Below the pieces are notes generated by a model. It had not been told where the DNA came from, did no database searches, and was given only the letters and a program-made list of their open reading frames with translations. Of a DNA stretch of 64,000 nt, positions 1 through 13,902 are shown piece after piece; position 1 is the first letter of the stretch; each line of letters opens with the position of its first letter. The stretch spans positions 17,302,029 through 17,366,028 of the forward strand of contig MU054323.1 of the NCBI GenBank assembly GCA_013239625.1, written 5' to 3'. Source of the DNA: Lama guanicoe. Taxonomy: Eukaryota. A program made the translations under genes and the position numbers.

Positions 1-694
1 ACAAACTTAAGGAAGCTGGCCAGGGCAGACACAGCTCCTTGGAAAATGTTTTATGTGAAACCTCTTTAGCTGGTAAGTCCCAAGGGGGAGTGCAGGCTGA
101 AATTGTAAAGAACAGGAAACCTAAGGGCTGGAATCCTTGCAATTTAGATGCACTGGACATATGAGACCATCCAGTTTCTGGTTTCCTTCCAAGACAAATA
201 AACTAAAGTCTATAGAGGAGAAGGGACTCACCTGTGGTCACGTGGCCAACTGTGACCACCAGCTTGATTCTAGGTCTCCACAACATTTAGTAATGTAGCA
301 CTTTGGGGGAAAAAAAGGCATAAGGTTAGTGGAGAAGAGGGAAGAATTTTGTGACCTTGTATTCAGTGATATGGTAACTTCAATATATAAATCTTGTATC
401 AGGGGTCTACCACCAAAACGCCAAACACTGCACAGGGTCTGTTCTCCCTCCTTCTTTCCTCCTTTCTTTTTTTCAAATCATAAATCATCACTGAGCACTT
501 ACTGTACGTCAGACAATGACATTTCCCTCCAACAATTTTAATATTTTTATTATCAAATACATGAAAAATGACATCATACTAAAAGGTTTATTATGAAGTA
601 CAGCAGTGACCACTTTAAATTCTTTTGACAGTTTTTTTCTGGTACTTGCTTCCATTTCTTAAGAAGAGTTTATGCTACTGTTTTCAATCAGTAC

Positions 695-2110
695 TTTATT
701 GATGATTAATTTACATAGAGTAAAATTCACAAAGCTTAAGCTCAAGCTCACTGTCCCCCTTATGATCACTACCCAGGTCATGATATACAGATCTCTATAA
801 TAAGTACGTTAATATTTCTAATAATAGAAATATTACCCCAGAAAGTTCGCCCATGCACCTTTCCAGGCAATACCCACCCACAGAACCACTATTCTGACTT
901 CTGTCACCGTAAATTAGTTGTGTCTGTTCTTGAACTCCATATAAATGGAATATTACAACATGTAGCCTTTGTGTCTGGCCTCTTTCTCCCAACATAATAT
1001 GTTGTGTGTAATTTATTCAGTAGTGTATTCCTTTTTATTAATCATATTGAATGAATTTACCACAATTTGTCCATTCTCCTGTTGCTGGACATTTGGATTG
1101 CTTCCAGCTTAGGGTTATTATGAGGAAAACTGCTATGAATGTTCTTGTGTAAGTCTTTTTTTTTTTTCTTTTTTAGTGTATGCCCGAATTTCTCTTGGGT
1201 GTATACCTAGGAGTAGACTTTAGTTTATAGGATCATATTTAACTTTAAAAGAAAACATCAAGCAGTTTACCAAAGTGGCTGGACCATTTACACTCTTATC
1301 AGCAAATGCATGAGAGGTCCAGTTGCCTTATAGCCTTCTCAGTATTTAGTATGGTCAGTCTTTTTAATTTGAACCATTCTTGTTCAAATTAAGATACCAG
1401 GCTGTGTCCTGGTATCATATTGTAGTTTTAATTTGCACTGCCCTGAGGACTAATGGTGTTGAGCATCCTTCCATATGCTTATTGGCTATTTATATAATTT
1501 CTTTTATGAAGTGCCTATGTAAGTCCTTTGTCTAACTTATCTTTTTATTCTCTGTTAGTAGGGTTTCTTAATTTATTTTAGATGTGAGTCTCTGTCAGAT
1601 ATGTGTTGAGAATATTTTACTCCATTATATGGCTTAACTTTTCACTTTTGAAATAGTCTTTTGATAAATAGACATTCTTAATTTTAATGAAGTTCAATTT
1701 ATCAATTTGAAACTTTTAAAATAGCTTGTAACTTCCATGTTCTTCCAAGAAATTTTTGCCTATTCTAGGGTTATAAAGATATCCTAATATGTTTTCTTAT
1801 AAGATATAGTTTCAGCTTTCTCATTTAGGTCTGACTTAAATAAATTTTTTCAATGTTAATTTTTTATTAATAATTACCTTGAATAAATTTTGATGTGTGG
1901 TATGAGGAAGGAGTCCAGGTTCCTTTTTATTTCCCATGTGGCTATCCAGTTGCTTCAGCTCTGTTTACTGAAAATACCTTCCTTTCCACATTGAATTGCA
2001 CAGGAAAAGTCAACTGATCACATATGGGTGGGTTTAATTCTAGATACTATATTCTTTTTATTCCAATTAGTAGAGAACTGACATCTTCTATTATTGATGT
2101 TCCAATCGAA
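695..2110 (-). mobile_element. Old LINE-1 fragment (3'UTR plus degenerate ORF2)
   Basis: L1M-type antisense phrases such as ggacatttggattgcttccag, tatacctaggagtagac, gttgagcatccttccatatgcttattggctatt; no intact ORF. Confidence 0.75.
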
Positions 2111-2710
2111 GCATATGGTATATGTCTCCTTTTGTATAGGTCTTCTTTAATTTTTCTTAGCAATGTAACAGAAAATCTATCATTTACATTTTGTTTTGTA
2201 AAGCATTTGCCCTGTCATCCTAGTCCATCTGGCTCATTGCACTGCTGCCATCCTGGAACTTCTCAGTCTTCCTGGTAATTCCCTTCAAATTTTTCCTATG
2301 TTAGCTTCCTATTTGGGGTTTTGTGGGGTTTTTTGCATATCCTTCTTGGTTTCTTGGTTTACTCCTTGTTTTGGTGGAATACCTGGTCCAGTAGCTTCCA
2401 CATGATTTGCTGATAATTCATGTAGCTGAATATAAAATCATTTCCATCATCATTTTGAAACAACTGTCCATGGTCCTCAAACTTCTAATGTTTCTAATAA
2501 AAAGTCCAATACCATTCTAATCCTCAGTCCTTTGTATGTTACCTGACTTTTCTAACATTTAGGATCTTTTCTTTATCTTTGATGTGCTAAAGTTTCACAG
2601 TGATGTAGTGTGCCTTACAATGACATGGCAGGTTTTTCATTAATTATTCTGAGTGCAATTAGCCTTTTCCTCTGGAAATACATGTCCTGATATTTTTTTC
2701 TATTATTAAT

Positions 2711-2860
2711 GTTTTTAAATTAATTTTTAAATTTTTTATTTGGGGGGGGTGAGGGGAGGTAATAGGGTTTATTTATTTCCTAATGGAGGTACTGAGGATT
2801 GAACCCAGGACCCTGTGCATGCTAAACACTTGCTTTACCACTGAATTATATCCTTCCCCC
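2711..2860 (-). mobile_element. tRNA-derived SINE (camelid Vic-1-like)
   Basis: A-box and B-box (GGGTTCAATCC) on the - strand; AT-rich tail; 11-bp TSD ctattattaat at 2700-2710 and 2861-2871. Confidence 0.85.
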
Positions 2861-4106
2861 CTATTATTAATTTGATAATATCTTCTCACTCATTTTCTTT
2901 CTTTTACCTGAAACTTCTACTAATTTATATTGGATTTCCTGGATTTATCTTTTCCATTACCATCTTTTGCTGTATGTCTCTCTCTTGATTTTTTTTGGGG
3001 GGTGGAGTGGGTAGGAGGTAGATGGGCAAGCTTCCTTGAATTTATCTTCTATTCCTTTAAAAAATGCGAAAAAGTTTCTTCCTTTTTATTGTTTGTCTTT
3101 TTTAAAAAATAGCATCCTGTAATTACTAAATGGCTATTTTTTTGGTAACTCTTTGAGGATATTAATTATAAGATTGTTTTAAAAGTTTTCTTTTGTTTTC
3201 TGCATTGTCTCTATTTATTCATGGTTCCCCTCTTCCTTCAAAAAAAAAAGTATATATATATATTTTTTCCCTTCTTTTTCTTTTATGTTGTAAGATTGAT
3301 TCAAATGTTTGAGGATTCTTAGCTAATTATTTATACCCAAGAAAGGGCCCTGAATTAAAAGAGACCGAAAAATTTTGTGTTGGCTAAGGTTATCAATAGG
3401 TAGACTTCACTATTGGCTAACCAGGTGGCAAATTAACTTTTTGATAGGTGACCTCTTTATGTCAGTGTTTGTAGATCTTTTTTGCTTGGACAGTTCAGTT
3501 TCTCCAGTGAAATATCCTCCTGCCTCATGCCTGGGCAGTGTAAGTCTGGCTGCTGGCATTCTGGGATCTGCAGCAAAAGGGGCTGAGGGAGCTCACTGTT
3601 CAGTATGCAAGCCTTCTCTGAGTCCTCTTCTTTGCATTTTAGCATCTCAACTCTGCCTTCTACCATGTCTGATGTATTTATCCCATGTACCAAAGACTTG
3701 GGCTTCTCTAGTTTAATTCTTCTTGTTTCCCATGGGGTAGAAATGAGGAAGCCAACTGGCATAGGGGTGGGGAGCTGGAGGTTCACTTGCACTTTATGTA
3801 GACCGTCTCTCCGGTTTCCAGCATTGGCCCTTCTTTGTACTTTCTGTAATGCCTTGGTGCCAATGATCCTTGAGCCTTTCTGCTTCTCAGATTTTCCATC
3901 TGCAGATGAAAACACCAAAGGAGAGGGTTTTGTGCTCTTTACTGTGCTGAATTAATAACCATGCCTCCATTCTGTCTTCCATCTTCCAGAAACTTGCTGG
4001 TGTCTCTTTATTTCGCTTTCAGTATCTTTTTATTGCTTCCTATCATTTAATTGGGTTTCAGGGAAGAGTGGTTAACAAAAATTCCCTCCTTGGTTTGTTT
4101 TTACAG

Positions 4107-4236
4107 CTAAAAGACAGACTGTGGCTCTAGAACTGCTTGAATCAGAAAGAAAATATGTCATTAACATCTCTCTGATCCTGAAGATCAAGGCAACATTCCA
4201 GGGGTCAGATGGAAAGAGGAATCCCAAAGAGAGAAG
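4107..4236 (+). CDS. ARHGEF33: ARHGEF33 coding exon (start of DH/RhoGEF domain); gene begins upstream of the window
   Basis: tttttacag|CT...AAG|gtatcc; 130 nt; encodes (A)KRQTVALELLESERKYVINISLILKIKATFQGSDGKRNPKER, including the DH CR1-like ELLESERKYV motif. Confidence 0.93.
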
Positions 4237-5619
4237 GTATCCATGTATTCATTGCCTTTGTTTTTCAGATTGATTAAAATTTAAGGTAAGTTGTTTACTG
4301 TTTCCACTTCGGGAATTCTAAGACCTATAAAGAGTTCCAGAAACAGTCTTTGAAAAGAAAACTAGGCAGTGACAGCAGGTAACCCTTGGCAAGTCTCAAA
4401 TTTAGACAGTAAGCAGAGAAGAAAATGAGTGTAGCCTCTGGGGCTTTCAGTGTCCCTAGCATGTTTGTTAGGAACCTAGAGGGGGAGTAAATGCTACAGG
4501 GAGGGAGACATTGCCATCTGCTGCCATCCTCATGTTCCCTGGGATCATGGAAGACGCCTGGGATCACTTCTCGTGGAAGTAGAAGGGTATAGATGCAATG
4601 GAGTTCTGAAGTGGCTACTGGATAAATGATACAGCGCTGATATAACTCTGAACTTAGACCTTTCTTTTTATTTGTTCACATGATCCTGGATAATTTGTGA
4701 GTATGGGCACCTGAGCTGTGGAGCAATGTTTCCATAGAGTCTGTGACAGATGTAACAGCACCCTAGCCCCAGGGTTACAATACTCCTCGATCTATTATCT
4801 GTTCACAAACTTTAGATTTTTTTCTGCTTCTCTCTCTTTTGGGAGAAAGCAGGAAGGAGAAACTATGATTTGGTGGAAAAAAACTAATGTAATAAAGACA
4901 CAGTAACCCAAGTCAATTAAGGAAAAGGCCAATCCAAATAAATGGAAAGTTTGGATGACAGACTATTAAGGACAAATACGGCATTATTACTTTAAATATT
5001 CTATCAGGTAATATACACTGGCAGTTCATAAATTGTGAATCTATCTAGGGAAGCCCTGATGATGTTTTCCTGATCCTTATCACCCCCTTCCCAATTTACT
5101 GGGCTTTGCAGCTGCCAGCAACACACCCCAAGGACCAAAACACAACGCTGCCCCTATCTAAGTAAGTGACTGAAGTGAGAAAACATTCCCTGACAAACCC
5201 ACAAATGGCTCAACTATTTTCGAGAATTATTTCACTGCAAAACTATATACACAAAATAGAAAGCAACAAAGAGCAGAAAGGGTCATGTGACTCGGCTAAA
5301 GCTGTGACCAACACAGGCTCTGGACTGGGCCTCATCTTCTCTCAGTGGCACTCCGATTCTTGCTGGTCCTTCCTTTCCCATCTGGCCACTTAATTCCCCC
5401 TCCTTCATCCCAGTCAAGCTTGTCTTACCCTCCCAGATTGCCCCTTCAGCCCTCTGAGAAGTCTCTGGCCTCTAGTTTCTTGCTATTACCAAAGGCCTGC
5501 TCAGTTTACCATCTAAAACCCAATCTACCTTTTGATGTGGCTTTGCCTCCACATCCAAGCTTCCCAGCCAGGAGCATCCCTTTCTGGTCTCTAAAAATCT
5601 GGGGATGGGGCGAGGAGAG

Positions 5620-5835
5620 AAAGGAGGATTATTTACTGTTGAACACAGTAATGTGGCCCCGTGCTTGGCACTTCGTTTATGACTCCATGAAATCTTCACA
5701 GAAACCCTGTGAATCCTACTTTGTAGATGAAGAAACTCAGGTCCAGAGAGGATTAAAGGCACACAGTCAATTAGCACTGGCATTCAAACCCAGCCCTGCC
5801 TGACCCTGGGCCTTGCGCTCTTTCAACATCACACA
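5620..5835. mobile_element. MIR SINE
   Basis: ctactttgtagatgaagaaactcaggtccagagagg...ggcattcaaacccag. Confidence 0.7.
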
Positions 5836-8800
5836 GCTTCTCTAAGGACCTCGTAGTTTCAAAGATGCCACCGTGACTAAGAGCAGTATGCCACATGTCT
5901 CAGCCAGAAGTCGACTTTCTGTCTCTTCCAGTTTCAAAACTCAGGCTTCTCTCTTAACAGCCCGTGAGTTCTTACCTCAGATCTCTGCTTACTTATCGAG
6001 TAGGAATATGATCTCAGCTCACTGAGGCTCTTTTCTACTTGCTGTCACGTCCTACTTCTCATGACCCTTTACTGAGGAAAAAGTGAGCCTTTCCCCCAAA
6101 TCCTGAGATTAATACAAATTAAAACTGCCGTACCATCCCCAGTGACAGTAAGATGATGGCTACTTCTCATACCCATGACGATGCTATTCATGTTCGTTAT
6201 TTGCTACCCTCTTTCTTGTTTTCATGGCCCAAGAAGAGAAAAGCTTCAGCTCACTATTCTTAGCACTAATATGAAATCTCTGGTTTTCGAGTTTTGCCGG
6301 GTTGCCCCTGTTCTACCTGGCATTAGATTTTCACCCTCCTCCTTCACTTGCTGTGTTTCTTCTTTTTTCTAAGCTTTCTGAAGGCTCCATGTGTGTTTTA
6401 CTTAAATAGACCAGCTGAATGAAATACAGGGCAGACAAGATCATTCCTTGTCCCTACTGGTGTTCTTCCTCCCATACAAAGATACAAATAAATTTATTAA
6501 CGTTTACTATCTTTCCCGTCACAAACTACAAAACTTCAGCACTTCCTACCCCCTGGAAAAGTCACCTGGGGCTGAAAATAACACCCACCACAAACTACAT
6601 ACCTGGCACTCAAATCTGAGGTTGCCCGTCTTCTCAAACCTATAAAAATGAATTCTTTTTCTCAGCAGTGCTCAGGAGCCCCCTCAGGTTGTTTCGACCC
6701 AGCCCTGCCACAGCCGAAATGGCTGGGCACTGCAGGGGCACAGGTGGTCAGCGGAAGCCTTAGGGGAACGTGCGGGCTGTTGTTCAGTTGTAGGAGGACG
6801 GAGAAGTTGGCTTTTCCTGGTCTGATTGATCCACGTAGAGTCATAACCTCAGGCTCAAACAGTCCTGTCCGAACCCTTGTCAGGAGGGGGCAAAGTCAGC
6901 TCTGCATGATTGCTGGTCCGCCTTAGAAGCTAGACCCCGGCGCCACATCCACCAAGAATTCAACGAGCTGTATGCTTCAGATCACCACCAGATGGCACGT
7001 GTTTTAATTATCAATGCCTCAAATTTGGTTACATCTTACAGCTGAAGCTTGGTTGTTAATTTGGCCCTAATACTGGACTGCCAAAAACAAAGTTACAAAC
7101 TTTAAGCTATAACTGGATTTTCCTTGATTGCTTTCAGTTTGTATCCCTCCTTGCTTAAGTACTGTATTGTGGGAGTTAAAATAACCTTAGAAGCTTTAGA
7201 AAGAATGAACTACTCATGCTGCCATAATTTCACCCAAGGTAAGGAATAGAAAATAAATCAAGCTCTTAACCTTTTGTCTTACTGAAAAAGTTGCTTCTGA
7301 AAGTCAGGTCTGGCTTCAGGCAAAATAGTGAAACAGATTAAGTGTGTCCAAGCTTCTTGCCTCTTTCTCATTCTGTCCTCCACTTCCTGGCTCACCTCCT
7401 CCACACTCTTCCACGATTTCAATTATTATCCTTATTAAATTTTTAAAAAATCTTCAGCCTGTTTTCAATATTTGGTTCAGAACCCACCATAAATGACTGC
7501 TCTTCGGGTAACGTGCTTCCACAGTGCCTGATGGGAGCATTAGACTTTTCTGACCCTGTCTTGAAACATCATGCTGTTACCCCAACGGACAGTCCAGGAG
7601 CCATGTGGGCTCCAACTGCGATACCAGCTGTCCAACTCTGCAGGTTGAAGGCAGCTTTCCTGAAAGAAAAGGAAAGGAAAGAAGAAAGGACAGGAAGGAA
7701 GGGGAGAAAAAGAAAAGAGATAACCAAAGACATTACCTGTACTGACAACCCATCAAAGAGTCAGGTCTCTCCACGTCAGATGCCCTAACATCTCTCCGGG
7801 TCACACCAGGAACATCACCCAGAGTCACTGTTAGCCTCTGGGTGGGGAGAAATTGTTCACATCTAGACCTTTTGCTGGTGCAGTGTTTCACTTTTTCAGT
7901 CGGATTCATTGTGCCTTCCTCCCCCAGCTTTATGGTCTCCCAGTCAGACTGTCTCCTAGCCACCCCTCCAAGTTCCCCTTGATCTGGACGGGGCTTACTT
8001 AGATCTTCCAAGCCCACTGCACCAGCGTAAAAGGTCAGATCCAGTGGCCCCTCCTCCTGTGGCTACAGATCAGCATCTCAGGTGGAGACTCACCACACAG
8101 GGGGTGGAGGGGGTAAGACAGGAGTGGAAGGAAACCTTGTATCTTTTCATGGAAGGCTGGGGGCGTTTGTGTATCTTCTCTAAGCTACAGCTATAGGGGC
8201 GTCTTTACTTTGCTTGAAGATGGGTTGAAAACACCTCTCAAATTGGCATCCTTCCTCCTGTTCTCAATAAAAGTCTGCTTGTTTGGGGTTGGCAAAGCAC
8301 CCCAACTGTCCACTAATTTACGCTTGGTAGACCCTGGGGAAATATCCAAATAAGTTCTGCTCTCAGGGACAAGGAGGCCATCACTTTCATCTTTGTTAAC
8401 CTGGGATCTTGAAAGCACAGGAAGACTTAAGTTACCAAGTTAGGGCTGAAATCCTTGCTGCAGACCAGCACGACTCCATTCCTTCTATTTCTTCCTTCCT
8501 CACTCTCGTAGGCTTCTGATCACCGCCTTCTCCATCCGATCCCCCTTCTCCTTCCTCCTGTGATTCTCTTTCTGTCTCCACCCCATCCCCTCTTCCCTTC
8601 ATTTCCTCTGAAAAAAACAAGACACACTGAGATGGGGGAAGAGGCAAGTCAGAGCAAGAAGGGGGCTCAGTGAAACTCCTGGGAGTAGCAGGGTAGGACC
8701 TGTCGTAGCCTCCCCTGGCAAGACTCCATCCTTTTCCAGATTCCTCCCAGAATCTGAAGGACAGGGAAAAAGAAATACTTTTATGTCCTCCTTCCTTGAG

Positions 8801-9265
8801 CTTGCAGTTGTCAGCTTTAAACAAAATTTCCTACTTATTTAAGTACAGTCTCCTACCCAGTAGCTAAGGATGACCAAGTGCCACTCCAGTGCGGTCATGG
8901 GCAACATTAATTAGAATAGACGATTTGCATATCAAGTGGGAATCACTTTAAAACACTGAAAAAGATTTCCCTTAAAGTGTCCACTGTCACATAAATACAT
9001 ATACTTTAAAAAGGCTGTTCAAGTGATGTGCTCTTCACTAGTTGAATAAACACTGGTATAGGAGCCACAGTCAAGGGGTCCCTTTAGAGTCTGAGGGTAG
9101 CTGCTGTGAGGCCGACAACGGCCAACTGTGTTTCTGAATCCTAAGTGCCGACCTGTGACTCAGTATTCTGAGTGCTGGGGAGACGGGACCTGCTCCATGC
9201 GTTCTTGTGGAGCCTTTCCTTCTCTGCACCTGGTCTGTGTGATCCCATCTCTCTTCTGTTTCAAG

Positions 9266-9398
9266 CCTCTTTCCTGGCTCTTTACGGTACATTGTCCAGC
9301 AGCACCTGGATTTGCTTCATGCTCTGCAGGAAAGGGTCTTGAAGTGGCCACGCCAAGGAGTCCTTGGAGATTTATTCCTCAAGTTAACAAATGATGAG
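9266..9398 (+). CDS. ARHGEF33: ARHGEF33 coding exon (DH domain)
   Basis: tgtttcaag|C...GAG|gtaagt; 133 nt, phase 2 to 0; (S)LFPGSLRYIVQQHLDLLHALQERVLKWPRQGVLGDLFLKLTNDE. Confidence 0.93.
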
Positions 9399-10874
9399 GT
9401 AAGTGTGAGTTTTTTTTTCAATCCTTTATAAACTTGAATTAGATGCATTTGTGTCTCCTTTGTCTGTTTCCTTTAAAGGAGAATCTAGAATGGGTGAATT
9501 TCAGAGGCAGAGGAACTCCTGCAATCTAGTCTAACCTCCTCATTCTAGAGATAATGAAATGATGTTGAGAGAGATTAAAAGACTTTGCTGAAATCACCCA
9601 GCTATTTGGATATTTGGAGATCTGTGACTTAGAACCCAAGTTTTAACTTTTAACTTCCACTTCATCACTTTCCACAGTACTGTAATTGTCCTCCACTGAA
9701 TGTGTGTATATTTGTATGTGTGTGTAAATATGGATACACACATATATATCCATATAAAATAAATATATGAGGATTTGTATATATGTATATACTTTCACAC
9801 ACAATTTCATTTTTTAGAGATTTTTAAAAATGTGATGGGCAGCTATTTGTCTGGAATGTTTTTTGTTGTTGTTGTTTTCACTTCCCTGGAGAAAGGATGC
9901 TAAGTTTTGAAATCTCTATAATGTTCTTCAAAGAAAATATGATCCACGCCACAAGCTGCAAATTCAAATGCCAGGGGCATTCACAAGTGGAAGTGAGCTG
10001 ACTGTCATGAGAGGTGGACTGCTGGGGAGTGAGCTTAAGTGTTCTTCTACAAGGAAAAACTACCCAACTTTATCCAATTATTATGTAGGGGAAAAGACTG
10101 GAGATGCTAGATCTTCTGATATTTTTAAGAGAAGAGGGAAATCCAGAATTTTGTGTGAAATTTTCTTATTTTAAAAATATTGTGTGGGCTAATTAAAATT
10201 TATCTTGCAAGCCAGATTTTGCTTGCAGTTAACCTCTGTATATCAATGATTCTCAACTGTAATTAATCATACAAACTTTACAGATTATTTACTTGTATGT
10301 AATGCTAACCCTCTAATGCTGCTTTTACTCATTTGTATTCAGTATGCTTTCTTGAGCTGAGAATTGTTATACCTATGGGAATATAACTTTGGAAGGTGAG
10401 AATGTTTTCCTGAGGGGCTATTCCATAGGTGAATATGCAATTACTGGAAAAAGTTGAGAACCACTGGTCTAGACACCATGAGGTGGGTTGGACAAAGCTC
10501 TCATTTGGATGTAGATGATTGAAATGAAAAATAATTAAAAACCGAAATATGCATTTTTATCATTTAACAATTTAAATGTACTTTTTCAACATGGCCCCTC
10601 CTCCCATGCCTTGGTTTACCATTTCACGTTCTCTCATTAAAGCAGGGCTATTGAATTTTGGTTCCTAAGTCTATAGGGATATTTTCCTTAAAACTCAAAA
10701 AGATTTTTTTAAAGGTGAATAAAAAACCAAAAAGATATTAATAAATACATTAAATGAATGATTATAATAATCTCTGCAAAGTGCTCCTTTTTGATACACA
10801 TGACTATAAACATATTAGTTATTATCATTCCTGTTTCCAGGTTCTCACCATGCATTTTTATGTTTGTTTTCAAG

Positions 10875-10958
10875 AATAACTTTTTGGATTATTATGTTGC
10901 TTACCTGAGGGACCTGCCTGAATGCATCTCTTTGGTTCACGTGGTTGTTCTGAAGGAG
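10875..10958 (+). CDS. ARHGEF33: ARHGEF33 coding exon (DH domain)
   Basis: gttttcaag|AAT...GAG|gtaagt; 84 nt; NNFLDYYVAYLRDLPECISLVHVVVLKE. Confidence 0.93.
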
Positions 10959-11420
10959 GTAAGTTAGCTCTACTCGGGCACTGCCCTTTGGTTACACGTG
11001 TAACTTCATGACGTTGCTCATCCACCCAGGAGATACAGCACATGCACTCGGAGCTTGTTCTCCAGGCTGGGGAATGACCTGAACAGAGCCCTTGACATTC
11101 CTCCTTGGGGTTAAAGGAGCCCACTCAAGGGTCAGTACCACTGCTTTGGTCTTTGCCCTGCCTTCCTGACCCTCTGTTCCATTCCACTGAAGTACGGACA
11201 GAGTAAACAGGTGTATTGCTGCAGTGATATGTTAGGTGCTAAACATGTATATAAATAAATAGTTACTTTAGGTAAATAGAGAAGACCTATATCAGAAGCT
11301 TTAAAGCTAAGCATTAATCCAGCTTCACAAGAGGTGAGAGGCTCTATTAATTTTCTACTTCAACCCCCTACTACTCCCAATGCAGTATGCCTACTGCATG
11401 TTGGCACTCAGCAAGTATTT

Positions 11421-11542
11421 GAGAAAGGAAAAGAGAAAGGGAGGGAAGGGAAGGAAGGGAAGGGGAGGGAAAGGAGAGAGAAGGAGGGAAGGGAAGAGAA
11501 GGGAGGGGAGAGGAAGGAGAGGAAGGAAAGGGAAATGGAGAG
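11421..11542 (+). repeat. Polypurine (GGAA/GGGA-type) low-complexity tract
   Basis: About 120 bp of almost only G and A. Confidence 0.9.
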
Positions 11543-12000
11543 AGTCCAACATGTTCCCTGCTGCCAGGCCAGCTGATCAATTTCTAATCATATTCCCTTC
11601 TCCATTCTCATGAGGCTCTGATCCACCCTTAGTACGTATCAGTAAACCGCTGTAAAGATTACTTGCTAAAGAACTGTAATGAATTTAGTCAATTCAAACA
11701 CAATCTGTTGAGTGCCGTGTGCTAAGACGGTGTTGGAGGGTGGGAAGAAGGAGGGAGTATTTGGAAAGCTTGGTAGATTCAAAAGAAGTATATGATAGGC
11801 TCCCTGCTGGAGAAGAGTTGTCTCCCTAAGCATGTCCCTGAATAAGTGGCCTCTCCAATGACAGATCAATGCTTCATGATGCCCTAGAGGAAGAAAATGC
11901 TCTGGGAGTAAACCCTTCTTACCCTGGTGGACTTGACTCTGGGGCTCTGCAACCAGAGGTGGAGGGACACTGAAGACTGACTCCAACTTTCTCTCATTAG

Positions 12001-12084
12001 GGTGATGAAGAGATTAAGTCTGACATCTACACACTGTTTTTTCACATAGTGCAGCGCATCCCTGAATATCTGATACATCTGCAG
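12001..12084 (+). CDS. ARHGEF33: ARHGEF33 coding exon (DH domain CR3-like)
   Basis: ctctcattag|GGT...CAG|gtaggc; 84 nt; GDEEIKSDIYTLFFHIVQRIPEYLIHLQ (resembles the DH PVQRIPRY motif). Confidence 0.93.
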
Positions 12085-12829
12085 GTAGGCATGGCTGGGT
12101 AAGCCACTAAACTGATCCCCATGATAAACAGTTGCTTTTGGCTTCCAACTGAAAGACACTAAAGGGTCAAGGAGTCATTAATACTTCTAAAACGTGTTTT
12201 AAATGATTTAGATTGTTATGATTACTCCAACTCTGCCTTGTGGTATGAGCTAAAATCTCAATCTCTAAAAATTTTTGGCTCATGATGCTAAAAATGAAGT
12301 TTTATCTTCATTTACCAGCAATCCACAGTTCTGCTGATCCAAGGCCTTTCTATAGCAGCTCCTCTTAGAGCCTGGGTACCAATTCAGTCCCTCCCACCTT
12401 GGTCCTACCACCATCTAAATGCACCCCCTACCCTACCCCCTGGGCATCTGAGAAATATCTATATAGCCTCCCACTTACCTGCTATCCTGACTACTTTCTT
12501 TTGGCCTGCGTCCAGGACAATACATTGCTCGTGTCCTGTGTCACAGAAGCACGGAGAAGCTGATGAGCTGACTTCTTCACATCATTTTCCCACAGGGCGG
12601 GTAGCACCTTGGAGGCAGCAGAATTGAAACTCATCAATACCCCTGCCAATCCCTCTCCTTCCCGCCACCCACCTGTTCTGGTGTAATTGCTGACTCCTCT
12701 TCCTAAGTAATTCAGTGACAGCATCTCAGAAATGCTTGAGATTTATCTCAGGCAGAAGGAGCCCTATGTAAATATTAAAAAGACTTTAAATTGCGAATGG
12801 CTTTAGATCTTAAAATCATTTTCTCACTA

Positions 12830-13225
12830 TAATTATCTTACTTAATCTTTTCAACAATCCCATAAAATGGGTATCATTATTACCATTTTTTTAGATAAGG
12901 AAATGGAGAGTCAAAGAAGTTACGTAAGTCGCCCAAGTTAAGACACCTAGTAGGTAAAAAAATCTAAGACTGAAAACCAGGTCTTGCAAGCAGTATCTAA
13001 ATAAGTAAGGAAGAGCCCTGGTTTTACTGTCTGCCTTGAGTTTGAATCCTGCCTCCACTACACATCAGATGTATGACCCAGTGAAGACTATTTAACTTCA
13101 CTGTGCCTTTATTTCCTTATTTATTAAATGGAGGTAGTAATAATTACCTAACTGGGTTGTGGTAAAAATTAAATGAGAAAGTAAAGTAAAGGGCTTAGTG
13201 TTTGGCAAAGAAGTACTCAATAACT
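12830..13225. mobile_element. Two MIR SINEs in opposite orientations
   Basis: ttaatcttttcaacaatccc...ccatttttttagataaggaaatggag, and tttgaatcctgcctccac...tttaacttcactgtgccttt...aaatggaggtagtaataa. Confidence 0.7.
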
Positions 13226-13753
13226 ATTAAAACCTTCCCAAATTCAACTAGGATGCATGTTCCACTACAGCACAGCAGGCAATGTAATGGAGTGGCATTG
13301 GTGGGGTGGGGGGCGGATACTAGACCAGGTTGGATCATAAACATCTCCTCACTTCCAGCCTTGCAAATGCCTGACATTTGCACCATTGGTCTGACTCTTT
13401 TGGATTTCAAGGCAATCCTTATAGACAGTAATTGTCACAATGGCTTCATTATCTCAGAGATCTAATTAGTAGATCGTTCTAATTTTTCAGATGGGATTAT
13501 GTTCAAATTCAACTCAAACAGGAGCAATAGTGACTATTATTTTCGTGTGGTGTGATGGACAAAGAGAACAGCAATAATAATAAGTAATAAAATAATAGTA
13601 AGTTCAATCTTACAGTTTGTAATTAAGTTGGCCATTTGGATTGTTTTGATTAAATGGCTACCAAACTCTCACAACAGATCAAGGCAAGGCACAGAAGAGA
13701 CAAAACTTTTCATTCTAATTATGCACTGCTGCTTCCTTTTTTCCTCCACCCAG

Positions 13754-13902
13754 AACGTCCTGAAGTTCACAGAGCAGGAACATCCTGACTATTACCTACT
13801 TCTGGTGTGTGTTCAGCGCCTGCGAGTATTTATCTCACACTACACCCTGCTGTTTCAGTGCAATGAGGATTTGCTTATTCAGAAACGGAAAAAGCTCAAG
13901 AA
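13754..13902 (+). CDS. ARHGEF33: ARHGEF33 coding exon (end of DH domain)
   Basis: ccacccag|AAC...AA|gtaagg; 149 nt; NVLKFTEQEHPDYYLLLVCVQRLRVFISHYTLLFQCNEDLLIQKRKKLK(K). Confidence 0.93.

Noticed and set aside
3375..3955. Overlapping ORFs of 113-153 aa
   Set aside because: Intronic, no recognisable homology and no fit to the exon phase chain; consistent with chance or old repeat sequence.
5345..5803. 152-aa ORF
   Set aside because: Non-ATG start, runs into a MIR element, no recognisable domain.
11334..11613. Lys/Glu/Arg/Gly-rich and Pro/Ser-rich ORFs
   Set aside because: Translations of the polypurine tract.
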